This document shows, piece after piece, positions 59,576 to 64,000 of a DNA stretch of 64,000 nt (position 1 is its first letter; each line of letters opens with the position of its first letter). This stretch comes from Myxococcota bacterium (GTDB lineage Bacteria > Myxococcota_A > UBA796): the NCBI GenBank assembly GCA_036156175.1, contig JAYZVA010000140.1, forward strand, positions 1,187 through 65,186, written 5' to 3'. Made by a program: the position numbers and the translations under genes. The notes below the pieces were generated by a model. It made no database searches, was not told the DNA's origin, and saw nothing but the letters and a program-made list of their open reading frames with translations.

Positions 59576-60337
59576 CTAGGCGGGTGCCGGCGGGTTCCGT
59601 GTGGTGGGCAACAACACGTAGCCCGAGTCTTGGTCGCCAAGGTACGCGCAGTCCTCGGGTCCTCGAATGTTGAGGTAGGCCGCCGTATACGCAGAGAGCA
59701 CGGCTTCGAGTCGTTCTTCCAACTCGCCCACACGGCTGCCATTGCAGCTGGGCAGATCGGCTTCGATGAGCTCATCGAGCGCCGCGGAGTCGATCATCGG
59801 TGGGTGCGCGGCGGTGAGCAGATTGTCGACGTTCTCGCGAAAGCGCGCGACGGCGTCTTTCCGTGCGCCGACGGGACCGATCTTCAAGCGAATGGGCCGC
59901 TCGACTCCAAACAACAAGACTTGCGTTGCTTGGTTGTAGGTCTCGACCACCCGATCGCCTTCGGCAGACGGGTCGGGATCGAAGCCCATGCGCATCAGGG
60001 CCCGACCGATTGTGCGCGGATGCGATGCGTTGACCAAGTTGACTTGGTACTCGTCGACTTTGTGCGCAGCGAAGTGTTCGTGAAGTTGGGCGTCGCAGGG
60101 CCGCTGTCCACCCATGTTCTCGACAATGATGGGTGCGTTGACGGCCAAGGTGACGCCGTCTCGGCCTCGGTTGCGTGCGATCCAGCTCAGGATGTCTTCG
60201 TGGGCGCGCAGGGAACAACTGGACACCAGTTTCAGCCCATCCTCGTGCAGTTCAAGGACCGCGCCGCCCGATGAGTGGCGGGGCGCCCATGCAAGGTCAA
60301 GGCCTAAAAAACGAGGGGGACGGGGTCGACGGCTCAC
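59576..60337 (-). CDS. DUF429-like protein (predicted RNase-H-fold)
   Basis: The N-terminal FLGLDLAW... motif and the overall length fit. The family assignment is by recall only. Confidence 0.6.
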   Translation of the reverse strand: MSRRPRPPRFLGLDLAWAPRHSSGGAVLELHEDGLKLVSSCSLRAHEDILSWIARNRGRDGVTLAVNAPIIVENMGGQRPCDAQLHEHFAAHKVDEYQVNLVNASHPRTIGRALMRMGFDPDPSAEGDRVVETYNQATQVLLFGVERPIRLKIGPVGARKDAVARFRENVDNLLTAAHPPMIDSAALDELIEADLPSCNGSRVGELEERLEAVLSAYTAAYLNIRGPEDCAYLGDQDSGYVLLPTTRNPPAPA

Positions 60338-60536
60338 GGTGCTTCCTTTCTGACGACGGCAGAACCCGGTGGAGTCAGAGCAAGTTCGCTAACCGGTTCA
60401 GCACAGAACGCGACAGAAATAGGACCGGGAAGGGTCAGATTGGGCGCGGGGTTCAAGTCCCCGGGGGTCGACCGTACCCGCGCGATCCCATGGGCCGCTG
60501 ACCCCCGCTCGGTGGCATCATGCGTCGGCCGGATGG

Positions 60537-60554
60537 GTGCGAAACTGCTTTCGC
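60537..60554. promoter_or_regulatory. Perfect palindrome, candidate activator-binding site
   Basis: TGCGAAA-ctgc-TTTCGCA lies about 90 nt upstream of the sigma54 -24 element. Confidence 0.35.
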
Positions 60555-60644
60555 ACAGTGAACGAAGAAACCGCGTAATGAACTCCGCGATGGAACGGGT
60601 GTGTGGAGCGTCAAATGTTGTCACGTCAAGCTTTTTGGGCATGT

Positions 60645-60660
60645 TGGCACGGCCATTGCA
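60645..60660 (+). promoter_or_regulatory. Sigma54 (-24/-12) promoter
   Basis: TGGCAC-ggcca-TTGCA is an exact match to the TGGCAC-N5-TTGCA consensus. It lies about 115 nt upstream of the ATG at 60775. Confidence 0.6.
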
Positions 60661-60774
60661 TTGAGTCGGTGCGGCGCGGCACAACCATGCCGCGGTCCGG
60701 GGCAGTCGCCCCGGTCCCTGAACCCACAATGGCACTGACCATGATCAGGACAAAAACCCAAACAGGAGATGAAC

Positions 60775-61677
60775 ATGAAAACCTTGTCCCTTACGGCACT
60801 GGCACTTCTTTCAACCTCGGCGATGGCCACCGACGCACGCGTTGCTGCCCATCAAGGAAACGCCGGTATCCGCGATTCCACCGACTACCGGACCTATGTG
60901 TCCCGCACCGATGATGGTGACGACAGCATCTTTTTCGACTTGGATAGCGCCGACGGTGTGATGTCGGGTGCGTACAAAGCCAACGGCACTTCGGTGGCCC
61001 TGTCGCAGAACGCCACCGGCGATGCAACGTCGATCCAATACTACTCGGCGGACGGGGACACGGGCTACGGCGTTGGCCTCGAAGTCATCGACATGGAGAA
61101 CTTCAGCGTCGGCGGTGGATACGGAACGACCTCTGGCGACACCGACTTGGTGTACGGCGGGCAGATCACCAAGACCGGCGATGACATCGGCATCTTGGTT
61201 GGTGTGTTCAGCCGCGAGCTGACCAAGAAGGATGTGACCACGTGGAACGCGACCCTGAGTCACGGCGAGGCCGGTCAGGTCATCAACGGAAGCTACGGCA
61301 TGGGTGTGCGTCACAACGGCGATCGCTCGAAGGCCGCCATGACGTTGGGACCATCGGTCGGCGTGAACCTTCCCTCGGAAGGCGACATGACGATTGACCT
61401 CAGCCTGGTATCCGCCAACATCGCCGGCGAGTTTGCCCTCAACGACTGGTTCGGTCTTCGCGGTTCCGTGGTGAGCGACCTGATGGTGGTTGACCCCACG
61501 GGCGAGCTGGACCTGGCATCGTCGGGCGTGTCGCCCATGTTTGGTGCATCGATTGACTTCGAAGGCGCCGACATCGACATGGTGATCGACCCAAGCAGCG
61601 TGCTGAACGGACCGTACTTCCTCACGGGTGCGGCCTCGGCTCCAGCGATGATGATGTCCGCGCGATTCGACATCTGA
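60775..61677 (+). CDS. Exported beta-rich protein, possible outer-membrane barrel
   Basis: The second ATG is preferred because AGGAG lies 6 nt upstream of it. The signal peptide is MKTLSLTALALLSTSAMA. The sequence is Gly/Ser/Thr/Asp-rich with an alternating pattern and ends ...SARFDI. Confidence 0.7.
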   Translation: MKTLSLTALALLSTSAMATDARVAAHQGNAGIRDSTDYRTYVSRTDDGDDSIFFDLDSADGVMSGAYKANGTSVALSQNATGDATSIQYYSADGDTGYGVGLEVIDMENFSVGGGYGTTSGDTDLVYGGQITKTGDDIGILVGVFSRELTKKDVTTWNATLSHGEAGQVINGSYGMGVRHNGDRSKAAMTLGPSVGVNLPSEGDMTIDLSLVSANIAGEFALNDWFGLRGSVVSDLMVVDPTGELDLASSGVSPMFGASIDFEGADIDMVIDPSSVLNGPYFLTGAASAPAMMMSARFDI

Positions 61678-61685
61678 TTCAACCC

Positions 61686-61717
61686 AATGCCCGTGTCGAT
61701 CCATCGGCACGGGCATT
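61686..61717. terminator. Hairpin between convergent genes
   Basis: A perfect 10-bp stem, AATGCCCGTG...CACGGGCATT, has a 12-nt loop. No clear T-tract follows. Confidence 0.4.
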
Positions 61718-61733
61718 GCTGTCTCTGGGTTCA

Positions 61734-62756
61734 TCAAACTCGGTCGAACATCCAGTCGCTCACGGCGGTCCATACGTGTTCCCGGGCCTGGTTTCCCAGC
61801 ACGATGTCCAAGTGTCCCCAGTGGGTCAGTCCGTGCCGATCATCCAGGAGCAACAGCGTCTTGTCGTCGGATCCCGATCGCTCGTATGCCGGCCGTCCCT
61901 CTGCGGGAAACAGCATCGTGTCCCGGTCGCCCAGAACAATCAGGCACGGGGTCTTGGTTGCCCGCCAACCGTCGTCCCAGGGCACGCGGTCTGCGGTGCT
62001 CCAGGCGGCCATTTCTTGCCAGACGCGAACGGGAATGTAGTCGAAGCCCCGTCGCATGCGCTCCCTGGCCAGCTCCGGCTCAATGCTGCCGGGCCACCAT
62101 CCGGCAATGGGCGCGGTGAATCCCGCCATGTCCATGACGGGGAACAGCCGTGCGAGGAGGCGACCGGTCACGCCGGTGTGCACCTGAATGTCGCCGACGT
62201 TGATGGCCGCGGGCCACCGTTGGGTCCAGCGGGTCAGCGTGGGCAACAACCACCCTGCCTGGCCAAACCGATACAGTCCCCCAAGCCCCACCACGCCGCG
62301 GCACGTCGGCGGGGTGTTTGACCCCGCCATGTAGGCCACGCTGGCCCCCAAGGAGTGGCCCACCCAGTACGACGGCTCCCGCAACTGCTCGGCGAATCTT
62401 CGCAGGTCGGTTGGGTAATCAGCGAAGGTGGTTGCGAGGGTCTGGCTTCGGCGTCGACTGCGGCCGTGACCGCGCAGCTCCAAATTGAACACATCCCACC
62501 CTTGATGCGCCAGCCAGCCCGCCATCGATCGGGTGGCGGTGTGCCACGAGAATCGATTTTGGGCGAAGCCGTGAACCAAGATCACCGGCGGGCGGCGGGG
62601 CCCATCTGGAGCGGTGAAGCGCTCGGCCCACAGCGGCGGGTCGCCGGACAACTCCACCACCTGTATTCGAAGCGCCGCGTGTTCACCGGCGTCGATGTGG
62701 ACCCGGTGCACTTTGTCCTCGTGGACGACAAACGGGTCCGAGAGGGATGGGTTCAT
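61734..62756 (-). CDS. Alpha/beta hydrolase
   Basis: Motifs are VILVHGFAQN and the nucleophile elbow GHSLGA. There is a 4-nt overlap with the fbp stop. Confidence 0.8.
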   Translation of the reverse strand: MNPSLSDPFVVHEDKVHRVHIDAGEHAALRIQVVELSGDPPLWAERFTAPDGPRRPPVILVHGFAQNRFSWHTATRSMAGWLAHQGWDVFNLELRGHGRSRRRSQTLATTFADYPTDLRRFAEQLREPSYWVGHSLGASVAYMAGSNTPPTCRGVVGLGGLYRFGQAGWLLPTLTRWTQRWPAAINVGDIQVHTGVTGRLLARLFPVMDMAGFTAPIAGWWPGSIEPELARERMRRGFDYIPVRVWQEMAAWSTADRVPWDDGWRATKTPCLIVLGDRDTMLFPAEGRPAYERSGSDDKTLLLLDDRHGLTHWGHLDIVLGNQAREHVWTAVSDWMFDRV

Positions 62757-63748
62757 TTCAGGGCGGCTTCCACTTCGGCGACGTTGAGGGCATTGCCAAT
62801 GTACAGCGGCGTTCGGGCATGCATCGCGTCGGGGGTGACGTCCAGAATTCGTTGCCGGCCATCCGATGCCCGCCCGCCAGCGGTCTCGGCGATGAAGGCG
62901 AGCGGGAAGGCTTCGTACAGCAAGCGCAGTTTGCCGGCGGGGTTCGACGTCGTCGGTGGATACAAGAAAATGCCGCCCTTGATGAGGTTGCGGTGGAAGT
63001 CCGCGACCAGCGAGCCGATGTATCGGGCCCTGTACCCCTCTCCGTCGCGCTTGATGCCTTCGATGTAGTCGCGCAGTCGCGGATCCCAGCTGTACGCGTA
63101 CGCCTCATTGACCGAGTACGTTGTCGCTTTGGGTTCCAGTCGGATCTCCGGATGACTCAAGAAGAATTCGCCCACAACAGGGTCGAGCGTGAATCCGTTG
63201 ACCTGTCCATCGACCGCAAGCATCATGACGGTGCCCGAACCGTAGACAATGTACCCAGCAGCAACCACCTCGGTACCGGGTTGCAGGATGTCCGAGTCCT
63301 TGGCGGCGGTGCCCTCGTCGGATTGCCGTCGAAAGACCGCGAAGATCGTGCCGATGGTTGCGTTGACATCGATGTTCGATGAACCGTCCAATGGGTCCAT
63401 GCAGAAGACGTATCGGCCCGAGTGAAACCGAGGGGGGGTCAACGTGGCTTCCTCGTCTTCTTCCGACAAGATGGCCGCGCAGACGCCCGGGTGCTCCAGG
63501 GCCCGTTTGAAGGTCTCGTTGGCGTAGATGTCCAGTTTTTGGACAAACTCGCCTTGCACGTTCATCTCACCGGTGTCGCCCAACATGCCGGCGAGCCCGG
63601 CGCGGTTCACCCGCGCGGCAACCAACCGCGCCGCGAGGGCGACTTGCTTGAGGAGGGTCGCAAACTGACCGGTTGCATCCGCGTGTTCTTTGGTGGTCTC
63701 AAAGATGAACCGATCCAGGGTCGTGCCCTCTTCAAACTGCCGCTGCAT
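62753..63748 (-). CDS. fbp: Fructose-1,6-bisphosphatase class 1
   Basis: The start is MQRQFEEGTTLDRFI at 63748. Motifs are SEEDEE, DPLDGSSNID and GEFFL. Confidence 0.9.
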   Translation of the reverse strand: MQRQFEEGTTLDRFIFETTKEHADATGQFATLLKQVALAARLVAARVNRAGLAGMLGDTGEMNVQGEFVQKLDIYANETFKRALEHPGVCAAILSEEDEEATLTPPRFHSGRYVFCMDPLDGSSNIDVNATIGTIFAVFRRQSDEGTAAKDSDILQPGTEVVAAGYIVYGSGTVMMLAVDGQVNGFTLDPVVGEFFLSHPEIRLEPKATTYSVNEAYAYSWDPRLRDYIEGIKRDGEGYRARYIGSLVADFHRNLIKGGIFLYPPTTSNPAGKLRLLYEAFPLAFIAETAGGRASDGRQRILDVTPDAMHARTPLYIGNALNVAEVEAALK

Positions 63749-63828
63749 ATCCAGCTCTCCGTGACGAACGGGGTAACCCGGTCGGGTTGACGATGCCGAA
63801 GCCCCGCGCACCGCTTACACTGGAGCGC

Positions 63829-64000
<172 letters not shown>

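Noticed and set aside
60440-60480. A tRNA-like T-arm, CGGGG-TTCAAGT-CCCCG followed by GGGGTCGACC, which might mark a tRNA gene or an att-site remnant.
   Set aside because: I could not build a matching 5' acceptor strand, D-arm or anticodon arm from the upstream 70 nt, and the 3' end is ACC rather than CCA. No integrase or direct-repeat partner is in the window.
60334-60735. A 133-aa minus-strand ORF (or 102 aa from MPKKLDV at 60642) whose stop overlaps the DUF429-like gene start by 2 nt.
   Set aside because: Third codon positions are A/T-rich, unlike neighbouring genes, and no SD is visible. The sequence includes the sigma54 UAS palindrome and a tRNA-like hairpin, translated as GDLNPAP, which is a typical artefact. 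I kept it as unlikely but not excluded.

Overview
A high-GC chromosomal segment with no rRNA, CRISPR array, transposase, integrase or phage genes that I can see. It mixes two kinds of content. The first is housekeeping genes: cca, tgt, tadA, two tRNA-Ser, SRP RNA, dnaX, recR, sdhCAB, gltA-sucCD, pepN and fbp. The second is many envelope and secreted accessory genes: two TonB-dependent receptor plus lipoprotein modules, a metzincin with a MYXO-CTERM-like tail, Cys/Asp-rich repeat lipoproteins, a transglutaminase-elicitor-like protein, and paired multi-pass membrane proteins. The gene content suggests a Myxococcota-like organism, but this is inference only. High GC produces many long antisense shadow ORFs in the track, and I rejected those. 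The observations most worth a second look are: (1) dnaX is interrupted, and its tau C-terminal part lies in the -1 frame; (2) a Ser/Thr signalling neighbourhood has no active kinase: a pseudokinase-zinc-ribbon-PP2C fusion, a tail-anchored pseudokinase and a double-FHA sigma54 activator; (3) a CarH-type B12 photoreceptor regulator with an intact Wx9EH motif sits divergent from a TonB_C-fused TonB-dependent receptor rather than next to carotenoid genes; (4) a near-consensus sigma54 promoter with an upstream palindrome precedes an outer-membrane-like protein gene; (5) two divergent paralogous GT-C-like membrane proteins have overlapping 5' ends and sit next to SGNH hydrolase, MFS and B12-radical-SAM genes. 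I cannot show that any of these is a new system. All functional calls come from motifs I read in the translations, not from database searches.
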